The notes: generated by a model not told the origin, from the letters alone. A DNA stretch of 64,000 nucleotides from an uncultured Gammaproteobacteria bacterium (GCA_963764725.1 CAVXTM010000018.1:64001-128000); one strand, 5' to 3'. Counted from the stretch's first letter, positions 11,093 through 25,051 are shown. Translations and numbers: made by a program.

Positions 11093-13026
11093 ATGCCGCG
11101 CGTCTTTCTCAACTACCGCCGCGATGATAGCGAAGGCATCGCCGGGCGGATCTTCGACCGCTTGCGTGATCGCTTCGGGCCGGAGAACGTCTTCCGAGAC
11201 CTCGACACCATCGCACCCGGGGCGGCGTTCGCGAGCGTGATCGGCGAGGAGATCGCAAAGTGCGATGCGTTGATCGCCATCATCGGCAATGATTGGCTCG
11301 AAGCGAAAGATGTCGAGGGCAAGCGCAGACTCGATAGTCCCCGTGATTTCGTCCGGACCGAAATCTCCGAAGCGTTCTCCCGTAAAAAGCTCGTCATCCC
11401 CACGCTGGTCAACGGCGCACGCATGCCCGGGGCCAAAGATTTGCCAGCGGAGATTACCTTACTGGCGGAACGCAATGCGATCGACATTAGTCCCGCTCGT
11501 TTCGAGCACGATATAGAGAGATTGATACAAGGAATCGCGGGGAACGTCACGCAACCGCAACCTCATCCCGGTGGCGCTGGATCAGCGATCCGAATCATCA
11601 GCGCACGCTCGGTGTCATCGGCGCTTTCATCGCGGCACTCGCCGCCGGAGGATGGCAACTATACGTACACTTCTTCGCTGCCTCAAAACCAGTTTCACCA
11701 ACGAGCGTCTCGGTCGGAGATGGTGGTATCGCCGGAAACGTTAACACTACGGCAGGGCCGGGCGGCGTGGCGGTCACTAATACAGGGGCCAATACCACCA
11801 TCAACATCGGCGTCACGCTCAAGGAACACGAAGAGCGCCTCAAACGCCTGGAACAAGAGCTACGTGCGGAGCTCGCCAAAACCAGCGCCGCCGAGAAAGA
11901 CAGACTTGCGCTCTTGGAGAAAGAGTTGGCCGCGGCCACCGCAAAGCGAGAAACGCCAGAAGCATCGCTGGCTGAGTTTAAGGCAACGCTGGCCGAGGCG
12001 ACCCAGGTCCTAGCGAAGTTCAAGGGAGATCTGCCTGAGGACCAGTTGAAACAAGCCCAGGCAGCGCTAGCCAATGGCAACACGGCCACTGCCGAAGCGC
12101 TCTTCGGCAAGGTGCTTGAGCAGGGCAAGGCGCAAGCCACCGCCATCAACGAAAAGGCAGCGGAAGCGGCATACCAATTAGGGGAGCTTGCCTACGAACA
12201 GATCGACTACAAGAAAGCCTATGCTTATTACCGGGAGGCGGCCAAGCTCGAGCCGGACAATCCGACGTACCTCAATATGGCGGGGAGACTTTCCCAGGAG
12301 GTCGGACGATACGCCGAGGCACAGCCCTTCCTCGAAGAAGCGCTCCAGATCCGCGAGAAGGCCCTCGGCCCCGAGCATCCCGATGTGGCTCTGAGCCTCA
12401 ACAACCTGGCGGCGCTCTACGACGACCAAGGCCAGTACGAGAAGGCCGAGCCGCTTTTCAACGCGCATTCGCCATCAATGAGGTTAAAGCCCTCGGGCCG
12501 GAACAACCACCCAGCGGTGGCCACGAGCCTCAACAACCTGGCGTCGCACTATGGCGACCAAGGCCAGTACGAGAAGGCCGAGCCGCTCTATCAACGCTCA
12601 CTCGCCATCCGCGAGAAGGCGCTCGGCCCCGATCATCCCGATGTGGCTATAAGCCTCAACAACCTGGCGATGCTCTACAACACCCAAGGCCAGTACGAGA
12701 AAGCCGAGCCGCTCTATCAACGCTCGCTCGCCATCCGCGAGAAGGCGCTCGGCCCCGATCATCCCGATGTGGCCGCAAGCCTCAACAACGTGGCGGGGCT
12801 CTACAACACCCAAGGCCAGTACGGGAAGGCCGAGCCACCCTACCAACGCGCACTCCAGATCCTTCAAAAAGCTCTGCCGTCGGACCATCCTAACCTCGTT
12901 CAGGTGATGGAAAATTACTCAGCGTTACTTGCAAAACTCAACCGCGATCCGGAGGCCAAAGAATGGCAGGTTAAGGCAGACGCCGCTCGTCGGCAGCACG
13001 CAGAAAAGAACCGTGGCGCGCCATGA
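11093..13026 (+). pseudogene. TIR domain - TM helix - coiled coil - TPR repeat protein, split by one frameshift
   Basis: VFLNYRRDDS, VFRDLDTI, FVRTEI (TIR); the frame of ORF 11767 is open upstream through a TM helix; likely frameshift at G4 11539-11542; 42-aa KLC-like TPRs. Confidence 0.8.
12310..12880 (+). repeat. Tandem 126-bp TPR-coding repeats
   Basis: Recurrent AGCCTCAACAACCTGGCG / CAAGGCCAGTACGAGAAGGCCGAGCCG. Confidence 0.9.
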
Positions 13027-13111
13027 TGGCTACACGTCGGCAAGCAATGTTAAACCTGTTAGCTCTGTCGGTACGGGCGGGTTTATCTGAGTCCTGATCT
13101 CTAGACAACGC

Positions 13112-14788
13112 TCAGAACAAACCGACGACCTTCCCCTTATCGTCGATATCGATCTTCTCGGCGGCCGGGACTTTCGGCAGACCGGGCATGGTCATGATGT
13201 CGCCGCAGATCATGACAATGAATTCGGCGCCGGCCGAGAGCCTGACCTCACGGATGTTGATCACGTGACCAGCGGGGGCGCCCCGCGCCGCAATGTCGGT
13301 CGAGAATGAGTACTGGGTCTTGGCGACGCACACCGGATAGTGCCCGTAGCCGTCGTCTTGCAGCTTCTGGATCTGGGCCTTCACCTTGGCGTCCGCCGCA
13401 ATTCCCTGCGCGCCATAGGTCTTGGTCGCGATCGCATGCATCTTATCCCACAAGGGGGCCGAGTCCTCGTACAAGAAGCGGAAATTGCTTTGGCCTTTGG
13501 CGATCATGTCCACCACCGTGTGCGCCAGCTCCTCGGCGCCCTTGCCGCCCTCGGCCCAATGCCGCGCAAGCACAACCGGCGCGCCGTGCCCGGACATTTT
13601 GGTCTTGATCAATTCCACCTCGGCTTGGGTGTCCTGCGTGAAGTGATTGAGCGCCACGATACAGGGCAACCCGAACTGCGTGCCTATGTTGGAGACATGC
13701 CGCTCGAGATTCGTGAGTCCTTTCTCGAGCGCGCCGAGATTCTCGATGTTGAGCGATTTTAAATCTACGCCTCCGTGGTACTTGAGCGCGCGGATGGTGG
13801 CCACGATGACCACGGCGTCTGGCCGCAAACCGGATTTCCGGCACTTGATGTCGATGAATTTTTCCGCGCCGAGATCGGCGCCGAACCCGGCCTCGGTCAC
13901 CACATAATCGGAGAGCTTCAGCGCCGCCTTGGTGGCGATGACCGAATTGCAGCCGTGGGCGATGTTGGCAAAGGGCCCACCGTGGATGAAGGCCGGATTG
14001 TTCTCGAGGGTCTGGGCCAGATTCGGTTTCAGCGCGTCCTTCAGCAGCACCGTCATGGCGCCGTGGGCCTTGAGCTCGCGCGCCCGCACCGGTTGCTGTT
14101 CACGGGTGTAACCGACCACGATATTACCCAGTCGTTGTTTGAGATCTTCGACGGAATTCGCGAGACAGAAGATCGCCATGATCTCCGAGGCCACGACGAT
14201 GTCGAAACCGTCCTGCCGCGGGAAGCCGTTAGCAGGACCACCGAGCGCGGCGGTGATATCGCGCAAGGCTCGGTCGTTCATGTCCACGACCCGCCGCCAG
14301 GTGATCCGGCGCACATCCACCCCGAGCGCATTGCCGTGATGGATGTGGTTGTCCAGCAGCGCCGCCAAGAGGTTGTTGGCGAGACCGATAGCGTTGAAAT
14401 CGCCGGTAAAGTGCAGGTTGATGTCCTCCATGGGCACCACCTGGGCATAGCCGCCGCCCGCCGCCCCGCCTTTCATTCCAAAGACCGGTCCGAGCGAGGG
14501 CTCGCGCAGACAAATGCAGGCTTTCTTCCCGAGGCGATTGAGCGCATCCCCGAGTCCGACCGTCGTCGTGGTCTTACCTTCGCCGGCCGGGGTCGGCGTC
14601 ATGGCCGTGACCAGGATCAGCTTCCCGTCTGGACGGCTAGCCAGACTATCGATGTAGTCTAAAGACAGCTTCGCTTTAAAATGGCCGTAGGGTTCGAGGT
14701 GCTCATCCGCGATCCCGAGACGATCGCGGGCCATATCGATGATGCGCTTGAGTCCTGCTGCTTGGGCGATTTCGATGTCAGAAGCCAT
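13112..14788 (-). CDS. fhs: Formate-tetrahydrofolate ligase
   Basis: [48 protein letters not shown]. Confidence 0.98.
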   Translation of the reverse strand: MASDIEIAQAAGLKRIIDMARDRLGIADEHLEPYGHFKAKLSLDYIDSLASRPDGKLILVTAMTPTPAGEGKTTTTVGLGDALNRLGKKACICLREPSLGPVFGMKGGAAGGGYAQVVPMEDINLHFTGDFNAIGLANNLLAALLDNHIHHGNALGVDVRRITWRRVVDMNDRALRDITAALGGPANGFPRQDGFDIVVASEIMAIFCLANSVEDLKQRLGNIVVGYTREQQPVRARELKAHGAMTVLLKDALKPNLAQTLENNPAFIHGGPFANIAHGCNSVIATKAALKLSDYVVTEAGFGADLGAEKFIDIKCRKSGLRPDAVVIVATIRALKYHGGVDLKSLNIENLGALEKGLTNLERHVSNIGTQFGLPCIVALNHFTQDTQAEVELIKTKMSGHGAPVVLARHWAEGGKGAEELAHTVVDMIAKGQSNFRFLYEDSAPLWDKMHAIATKTYGAQGIAADAKVKAQIQKLQDDGYGHYPVCVAKTQYSFSTDIAARGAPAGHVINIREVRLSAGAEFIVMICGDIMTMPGLPKVPAAEKIDIDDKGKVVGLF

Positions 14789-14935
14789 GCCAGTCCTCCG
14801 ATGATTTATGGCCGCACACGCTAGGAGTGCGGCCTTGTTTGTCATTTTGCGACAGCGGTTTTTTTAACCGGATTAATAGTACCCCCTTCGTCCGTTGCAG
14901 AAGGAGGTGCGTAACGAACGCCATTTCTTTTGTTA

Positions 14936-14967
14936 CCCTCACCCCAACCCTCTCCCAGAGGGAGAGG
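14936..14967 (+). repeat. REP-like repeat, empty copy
   Basis: CCCTCACCCCAACCCTCTCCCAGAGGGAGAGG. Confidence 0.8.
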
Positions 14968-15070
14968 CAATTGCGTTGTTCCGGCATTAAAGCCACCAGG
15001 GCTATTTTGCGGCTTTATTCTAGCGTAGCGCTGCGAATTGTGAACAAGGTTCAGTCCAGAACGAGACGCT

Positions 15071-15976
15071 TTACTCCAGTTGATCTTTCTCCGAAGCGCC
15101 TACGACCCCAGCCGCCATCTCTTCGGTGCTGGACACCGGGGTTTTCGAACCTGCCATGGCCAAGACCCCTGACGCGCCAATCAAAACCGCGCCCGCGATC
15201 GTCATGCCGTCCGGGATCTCACTCCAGAGGATCCAGCCGATGGCGCTCGCGAAGATCACGGTCGTATAGGTATAAGGACCCACGCGCGCCGCCGGGGCGA
15301 GCGCATAGCCACGGGTGAGCAATAATTGCCCCTTGGTCGCAAACAAACCCGCGAGCGCCATGAGCGCAAGCGCCGGCACGGTGGGCGTTTGCCAGGTCCA
15401 GAGCAAGGGCACGGCGGAAACGACCGTGCTGACGGCGCTAAAGTAAAAAACGGTACGCACCGTGGGCTCGGTCGCGGCCATTCCGCGCACCGATACCATC
15501 GCGACCGCGGCCAGCAAGCCCGATAGGGCTCCGATCATTGCGGCGAAAGTGAAGAGCCCGTGTCCGGGGTTCAGGATCAAGGCCACCCCCAGAAACCCGA
15601 CCACTGCCGCCCAACCCACCCGCCACGACATCGTCTCCCCCAGCCACAGCAACGCGATGGGCGCGATGTAGAGCGGCGCGCTGAAGTTGAGCAGCACGGC
15701 CTCGCCGAGATTCAAGTGCGCAAGCGCATAGAAGAAGCAATACATCGCGGCTAGCCCCGCGAACGATCGCAGCAAGTGCTGCGGGAATTGCGCCGTTGCG
15801 AGGCTCGACACGCCGCCGTAGGCGCGGATCCAAGGCAGCAGCGCCACCAAGCCGAAGCCATTGCGCAGAAACACCACCATCTCGTTCTCGAGCTCGCCGG
15901 AGGCGATGCGGATCGCCGTGCTCATGAGCGCCATCATTAGCGAGGCGCCAACGGCACAAAGGGCGCCACGGGTCAT
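15071..15976 (-). CDS. DMT/EamA family transporter
   Basis: ~10 hydrophobic helices, FLRN, LLWLGE, LWSEIP. Confidence 0.85.
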   Translation of the reverse strand: MTRGALCAVGASLMMALMSTAIRIASGELENEMVVFLRNGFGLVALLPWIRAYGGVSSLATAQFPQHLLRSFAGLAAMYCFFYALAHLNLGEAVLLNFSAPLYIAPIALLWLGETMSWRVGWAAVVGFLGVALILNPGHGLFTFAAMIGALSGLLAAVAMVSVRGMAATEPTVRTVFYFSAVSTVVSAVPLLWTWQTPTVPALALMALAGLFATKGQLLLTRGYALAPAARVGPYTYTTVIFASAIGWILWSEIPDGMTIAGAVLIGASGVLAMAGSKTPVSSTEEMAAGVVGASEKDQLE

Positions 15977-16032
15977 AGCGTGAATTACCATCTCGGCTCT
16001 GCTTCTCAATAAAAACGCGCGTTCATTCAATG

Positions 16033-16135
16033 ATACCCCGCTGCTTGCGGCGGGCACTTTAGCGTTGGGGTTTCCAAAGGGGAGTAGTGCAACTCTCCCC
16101 TTTGGTCAAGGGCGGGGTTCATACCCGCCCGCGAA
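16033..16135 (+). repeat. ~105-bp intergenic palindromic repeat, copy 2
   Basis: Near-identical to 7428-7530. Confidence 0.9.
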
Positions 16136-16332
16136 GTATATTGATTCTATCCCAGGCCCGGGCGCAGGCACGAAATTCCTGGCGCCAAAGCACGGCCCAG
16201 GCCGCTCTCGAGCGTTGACGTTGGCAACATCGGAAACAGCGCCGTCCAAAGTTACCAAATGACCTCTGATCTGGTAGCATCGTGCCGCATGCGCGCTCAA
16301 TGCACCTTATTCGGCCGTCCCAGGCTGCCTAG

Positions 16333-20098
<3,766 letters not shown>

Positions 20099-20119
20099 TT
20101 ACCTGGTAAAATCAATTTT

Positions 20120-20226
20120 ACTTCGCGGGCGGGGTACGAGCCCCTTGACCAAAAGGGGAGAGTTGCACTACTCCCCTTTGGGAACCCCAATGCTAAAGTG
20201 CCTGCCGTAAACGGCGGGGTATTCAG
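20120..20226 (-). repeat. ~105-bp intergenic palindromic repeat, copy 3 (inverted)
   Basis: Reverse complement of copies 1 and 2 with a small internal deletion. Confidence 0.88.
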
Positions 20227-20275
20227 AATGAATCATCGCTACAGGGTGCGTGGAACATTGCGTGATCTCAAGCCG

Positions 20276-20578
20276 ATGACGCCGCTTGCGCTCATTCTCC
20301 TCCTGCTGCTGGGCGGATTGCAGTACAAGCTTTGGAACGGCCAGGGAGGTCTCCTGGAGTGGTGGGCGTTGCGCGAGCAGAAACACAACCAGATCCTTGA
20401 AAACCGGCGGCTCAAAGAGCGCAACAGCAGTTTGGAGGCTGAGGTTGCCGATCTTAAAGACGGGCTGGAAGCCATCGAAGAGCGGGCACGCAGCGAGATG
20501 GGAATGATCAAGACCGACGAGGTGTTCTATCAGATCATCGATACCGGACCGCGTAAATCGATCGACCCGGTCCGCTGA
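20276..20578 (+). CDS. ftsB: Cell division protein FtsB
   Basis: TM helix-LQYKLW, RN..LEAEV.DLK.G.EAIEERAR; eno-ftsB-ispD synteny. Confidence 0.93.
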   Translation: MTPLALILLLLLGGLQYKLWNGQGGLLEWWALREQKHNQILENRRLKERNSSLEAEVADLKDGLEAIEERARSEMGMIKTDEVFYQIIDTGPRKSIDPVR

Positions 20579-20588
20579 GCGGTATTGG

Positions 20589-21266
20589 GTGGCCATCCCC
20601 GCGGCGGGGAAAGGCGCGCGGATCGGCACCGATCTGCCGAAGCAGTATCTTCCCCTTCTCGGCAAACCGATCATCGCGCATACGTTGGAGCGATTTCTCG
20701 AGCTACCGGCCATCGATGGAATCGTGGTTGCTATCGCGGCCGACGACCGTTATTGGGATTCGATAACTATCAGCAATCGAGGCAAAGTCTCTACCGTCGC
20801 GGGCGGCGCCGAACGCTGTCATTCGGTACTGGCGGCCCTGGAAAACCTGTTACGGCGAGCCAGTCCCGGAGACTGGGTATTGGTACACGACGCCGCGCGT
20901 CCCTGTGTTCGGGCTAAAGACATCGGCCGTCTCATAGAGCGCTGCTCGCGGCATGAGACGGGCGGGCTTTTGGCCTTGCCGGTACGCGACACCATGAAGC
21001 GCGCGGATGACGCTCAGGAGGTCGTTGAGACCGTATCGCGCGCGCGCCTTTGGCATGCCCTGACCCCGCAGATGTTTCGTCTCGGCGCGCTCTACCAGGC
21101 GCTCACCGAAGCCCTGCGTGAGGGACGGATCGTCACCGACGAGGCCGAGGCCATGGAGCTCATGGGCCATACGCCCTGTCTGGTGGAAGGCCATCCCGAT
21201 AACATCAAGATCACCCGCTCCGAAGATGTCGCGTTGGCCGAGTCTTTCCTGAGAGCTTGTGAATAA
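20589..21266 (+). CDS. ispD: MEP cytidylyltransferase (start uncertain)
   Basis: [30 protein letters not shown]. Confidence 0.95.
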   Translation: MAIPAAGKGARIGTDLPKQYLPLLGKPIIAHTLERFLELPAIDGIVVAIAADDRYWDSITISNRGKVSTVAGGAERCHSVLAALENLLRRASPGDWVLVHDAARPCVRAKDIGRLIERCSRHETGGLLALPVRDTMKRADDAQEVVETVSRARLWHALTPQMFRLGALYQALTEALREGRIVTDEAEAMELMGHTPCLVEGHPDNIKITRSEDVALAESFLRACE

Positions 21267-21462
21267 ATCTACTGCGCAGCCCGCCCGCATCGTTGCGCGG
21301 TGCTCGGAATCCTCATGTATTTCCATATACACTGCGGTTGCTCGCCCCATCCTTGGGACTCGCCCCTTCGGGGCTTGCGCTCCGTTTCGCTCCCGGCGAA
21401 ACGGTCCTGCGCGCCGTGCGCCTCGCGGGCGGGCGTGCTCGCTACGATTTCTTCACAAGCTC
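21253..21462. mobile_element. MITE with GAG..CTC TIRs and 3-bp TGA target duplication
   Basis: GAGCTTGTGAATAAATC / GATTTCTTCACAAGCTC; TGA at 21250-21252 and 21463-21465; relative at 55516-55659. Confidence 0.82.
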
Positions 21463-21487
21463 TGAGCAGCTTTCGGCAAGAAGCGCT

Positions 21488-21958
21488 ATGCGAATAGGTC
21501 ACGGCTACGACGCGCATCGTCTCGTCAGCGGGCGCGCGCTTGTCCTAGGCGGGGTGAGCATTCCGCACGACCGCGGCCTGCTCGCCCACTCCGACGGCGA
21601 CGCGCTGATTCACGCTATTTGCGACGCGCTGTTGGGAGCGGCGGCGCTCGGCGATATCGGTAAGTTTTTCCCGGACACCCAAGCGGAATGGAAAGGGGTG
21701 GACAGCCGGGTGCTGCTGCGCGAGGTGGTGGCGATGCTCGCGCGGAAAGGATTCCGCATCGCCAACGTCGATGCCACGATCGTGGCGCAACGCCCGAAGC
21801 TCGCACCTTACTTTCCGGCCATGCGGGAACACCTTGCCGCCGATCTCAAGATCGCGATCGAAAGGGTCAACGTCAAGGGAACGACGACCGAGGGCATGGG
21901 CTTCGCCGGCCGCGAGGAAGGCATCGCCGCCCATGCCGTTGCATTGCTCGAAGAATAG
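21488..21958 (+). CDS. ispF: MECDP synthase
   Basis: [29 protein letters not shown]. Confidence 0.97.
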   Translation: MRIGHGYDAHRLVSGRALVLGGVSIPHDRGLLAHSDGDALIHAICDALLGAAALGDIGKFFPDTQAEWKGVDSRVLLREVVAMLARKGFRIANVDATIVAQRPKLAPYFPAMREHLAADLKIAIERVNVKGTTTEGMGFAGREEGIAAHAVALLEE

Positions 21959-22288
21959 AGAATACGATCTATACTCTTTCGAGTCGCACGCCCCGCCTGG
22001 TACCCAGACATACCCAGACTCGCGCGTGTTTTTTTTAACGTGTGAAAAACCGAGGATCGTTTTCGAGCCGGTAATCCGACAGCGGATATTCCTTCGCTCG
22101 GGTTTTCCGAACTTCGCCATTTCGCAAAGTTTCCCGTCAGACCGTAAAACAACCCGAATTTCGTCCACTCGCAATCGGTGAGCGGCCGTATGTGGTTGCA
22201 CGGCGTATAGAGAGGGCCGGGCAAAGCACCGGAGCCACATAGCCCGCCAAATTCTCTAAACGGGCTATCCACTTAACGCAAGTCACCG

Positions 22289-23254
22289 CTATATGTTGGG
22301 GTCCGGGCTGTTGACGATTTGGCGGTAAGACACTGGCGGCGTCGCCACGGCCTGTTGCATCAGGCGGTAGAAGAGAAGCCCGCGGGAGCGAGAGGTGCGC
22401 CGGTTGAAGCGAAACGTGTATTCGTCGAGGTAGTAGTCGAGGTACCTGCCACTTACCGCGCCTTGGTGAGTTCCGAGCAGCCAGCGTTTGAGCAGAGAGG
22501 CGATGCGGTGGACACCGGGCATCAGGACATGGGCCGGGTCTCCGCTGTCGGAGAGATTCGTCTTGATGCGCGTATATCCAGACTTCGTCATGTCGTTGTA
22601 CCCGCCCCAGGCGTCGGTGAGAACTTCCGAACCGGGCTCAATGCTCTCGCGCACGAAAGGGACGAGATTGGCGCCGGAGGCGTCGGCCACACGTCTCATG
22701 CGCACGCGTCCAAATCCCTTCGGTTCGTGTAGTTCGACGGCGATGACCACAATCTCCTTTCGTTCTGCTCCACGGCCACGCTTACCGCCTTTTTCGCTGC
22801 CTCCTACGAGCGTCTCGTCCACTTCAACGCGACCATGAAGCCGCTCGCGCCCAGCTCGCACCATCGCGCGTCGCAGCTTATGCAACCAGGTCCATGCCGT
22901 TTGATAGCTTCCCAACCCCAGAACCCGCTTCAGGCCGAGAGCGTTGGCTCCATGCTTCTGACTCGTCACAAACCATATCGCCGCCAACCATGTCTTCAAC
23001 GGGATACGCGTTCGCTCGAACATCGTACCTGCCGTGACCGAGATCTCTGCACCGCAATCCCGACAATGCAGGTAACCTCGTCCCGTGATCCAGGGCGCAC
23101 CGCTGGACCCACAGCGTGGACAGTGGTAACCCGCTGGCCAGCGAAGGCCCGCAAGATACTCGCGACAGCCCGCATCGTCCTCGAAAAAATCATTGAACTC
23201 GCCGAATGTCCGAGGGTAGTCGGACCCGCCGACTGGCCCTTCCCCTGTCCCCAT
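22289..23254 (-). CDS. IS1595-family transposase
   Basis: LRWP..CPRC..CRDC zinc ribbon, VEVDET, TDAW, YLDEYTFRFNRR. Confidence 0.93.
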   Translation of the reverse strand: MGTGEGPVGGSDYPRTFGEFNDFFEDDAGCREYLAGLRWPAGYHCPRCGSSGAPWITGRGYLHCRDCGAEISVTAGTMFERTRIPLKTWLAAIWFVTSQKHGANALGLKRVLGLGSYQTAWTWLHKLRRAMVRAGRERLHGRVEVDETLVGGSEKGGKRGRGAERKEIVVIAVELHEPKGFGRVRMRRVADASGANLVPFVRESIEPGSEVLTDAWGGYNDMTKSGYTRIKTNLSDSGDPAHVLMPGVHRIASLLKRWLLGTHQGAVSGRYLDYYLDEYTFRFNRRTSRSRGLLFYRLMQQAVATPPVSYRQIVNSPDPNI

Positions 23255-23269
23255 GGGTAGCAAACACTA

Positions 23270-24523
23270 GTATAACGATTCTATAAAACATTTACTTTTA
23301 TGAGTAGCGGTGTCATCCTGGCTTCCCAGGCTTATCCATGGTCTGGGAGGGTGATGATGGCGGGAAAGACAAGGCGGGCGGCGCTGGAGGTTTCGGCAGA
23401 TGAACGCGAGAGGTTGGAGCGTTTGCGGGATTCGCGCAAGGCGCCGAAGCGGGAAGTCGAACGCGCGGCGATCCTGCTGCGCTACGCCGTGGGTGAGGGT
23501 CCGGCGGCGATCCAACAGGCGTTGGGGGTGAGCCGGCCGACTATTTACAAATGCATCGACAAGGCGCTGGCGGCCGGGGTGGACGCTGGACTGAAAGATC
23601 ACTACCACCGCCCCAAGGAGCCGCTGATTACACAGCAGGCGAAGGCGTGGGTGTTGAGATAGCGTGCACGAAGCCCACCGATCACGGCTTGGCGGCGGAG
23701 TTGTGGACGCTCTCCGCGCTCGCCCGCTATACCCGCGAGCACGCCGCTGTCGCGGGGCATGGGAGCCTGGCGCAGGCGGGCAAGGCGACGATCTGGCGCA
23801 TCCTGCACGCTGCTGAGATCAAACCCCATAAGGTGGAGTACTACCTGGAGCGCCGCGATGCGCAGTTTGAAGAGAAAATGTGCGAGGTGTTGATGGTCTA
23901 CCAGGAAGTCGCCCTTGCCAATGCCGCGCAGGCCTTGGGCGAGGACGCCGGTTCGGTCATTACCGTCAGCGTGGACGAGAAACCGGGCGTTCAGGCGATC
24001 GAGACTACCGCGCCCGATTTGCCGCCGGTGCCAGGGCAGCACGGCACCTGGAGTCGGGACCACGAGTACCAGCGCCATGGAACCCTGTCCATTCTCGCGG
24101 CCGTGGACTTGCACACCGGCGAAGTCATCGCACAAGTTCATCCGCGCCACCGTAGCCGCGAGTTCATCCTGCTGCTCAAGGAACTCGATGAGCACTACCC
24201 GAAGGCGTGCACCATTCGCGTGATCCTGGACAACCATTCAGCGCATATCTCCAAGGAAACCATGGCCTACCTCGCTTCGCGGCCCAACCGGTTCATCTAC
24301 GTCCATACGCCTAAGCACGGCTCTTGGCTGAACCTGATCGAAACCGTGTTCGGAAAAATGGCCCGTACGTTCCTCAAGGCTATACGCGTCAAGTCTCGCG
24401 AGGAACTTAAGAAGCGCATCTTGCAAGGTGTGCATGAGATGAATCTCGCCCCAGTCGTTGTGCGCTGGACGAAGTTCGATCTGGGGCTGGCATAACAGTA
24501 AGCTAATTGATGAATCGTTATAC
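23270..24523 (+). mobile_element. IS630-family element
   Basis: CTAGTATAACGATTC inverted at 23267-23281 / 24512-24526; TA duplication in a CTAG target. Confidence 0.9.
23354..24495 (+). pseudogene. IS630 transposase in two frames (shift near 23650)
   Basis: HTH half then DDE half (VDEKPG, LDNHSAH, TPKHGSWLNLIE); one base short at TGGGTGTTGAG. Confidence 0.85.
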
Positions 24524-24676
24524 TAGATGTTGTGGTGACTTGCGTCAAGTGGATAGCCCGTTTCTCTAAAACACGGCTTGATGTTACGAAGGGCTTAGTG
24601 AAGTTCTCGCGAAGCAACGCGATTCGGTCATATATCATGGCTTAAAGTCGTGTTAATCGACTCGCAGTCACTACTA

Positions 24677-24705
24677 TTGACAACAGCGTTGAGGGCGACT
24701 ACATT
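24677..24705 (+). promoter_or_regulatory. sigma70 promoter of the retron-like operon
   Basis: TTGACA(24677-24682)-17 nt-TACATT(24700-24705). Confidence 0.8.
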
Positions 24706-24714
24706 ACGCTCGGG

Positions 24715-24748
24715 CGCTGGTTATCCGGCGTACTCAGCTCTTTGACAA
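24715..24748 (+). promoter_or_regulatory. boxB-like hairpin + boxA-like antitermination motif
   Basis: CGCTGG-TTAT-CCGGCG then GCTCTTTGACAA (rrn boxA is GCTCTTTAACA). Confidence 0.5.
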
Positions 24749-24762
24749 GACGGAGCCTCAGC

Positions 24763-25051
24763 GCAAGACCTTAAGCGGTACGGATTTGTTCGTGCCGAAG
24801 TTGGGGGCTAAGCCCCCCTGAATGGCCCGCGATATCCTCGTGGGCCGCGTGCTCGAAGCACGCATGCTCCTCTCATCTCGATCTGCTCGGCATGGCAGCA
24901 CGGTAATTCGTTTGACGCCTTGAGATCAGATATGTAGGGGGCAAGAGCGCGCACATGCGCTCGCGAAATCTGAGTCACTCGGTCCACTCGGGCCTCTCTC
25001 GGGGTCTTGCCACACGGGCAAGGGGCAATTTGGCCCCTGTTCAGAGAGGTT
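24763..25051 (+). ncRNA. Putative retron msr-msd-like structured ncRNA
   Basis: GCAAGACCTT(24763-24772)/GGGGTCTTGC(25001-25010) inverted repeat enclosing hairpins at 24776-24797, 24803-24817, 24824-24846, 24847-24863, ~24865-24942 and 24945-24962. Confidence 0.72.

Larger units (their letters stand above)
22260..24561 (-). mobile_element. IS1595-family element carrying a nested IS630
   Basis: 28-bp TIR ACGGGCTATCCACTT(A/G)ACGCAAGTCACC with 1 mismatch; 8-bp TSD TTCTCTAA at 22252-22259 and 24562-24569. Confidence 0.92.

Noticed and set aside
11560-12013. C-terminal half of ORF 11093..12013
   Set aside because: Ser/Arg/Pro-rich out-of-frame read-through after the frameshift
12310-12880. 126-bp repeats as a CRISPR array or DGR TR/VR
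   Set aside because: In-frame TPR coding units without unique spacers; differences are not adenine-specific
21293-21487. N-terminal extension of ispF
   Set aside because: Derived from MITE sequence; family start MRIGHG is at 21488
21959-22251. Possible tRNA/att site at the island's left edge
   Set aside because: No cloverleaf or direct repeat matching the right edge was found by eye
24742-24770. Second TTGACA as another promoter
   Set aside because: No -10-like hexamer 16-18 nt downstream; better explained as part of the boxA-like motif
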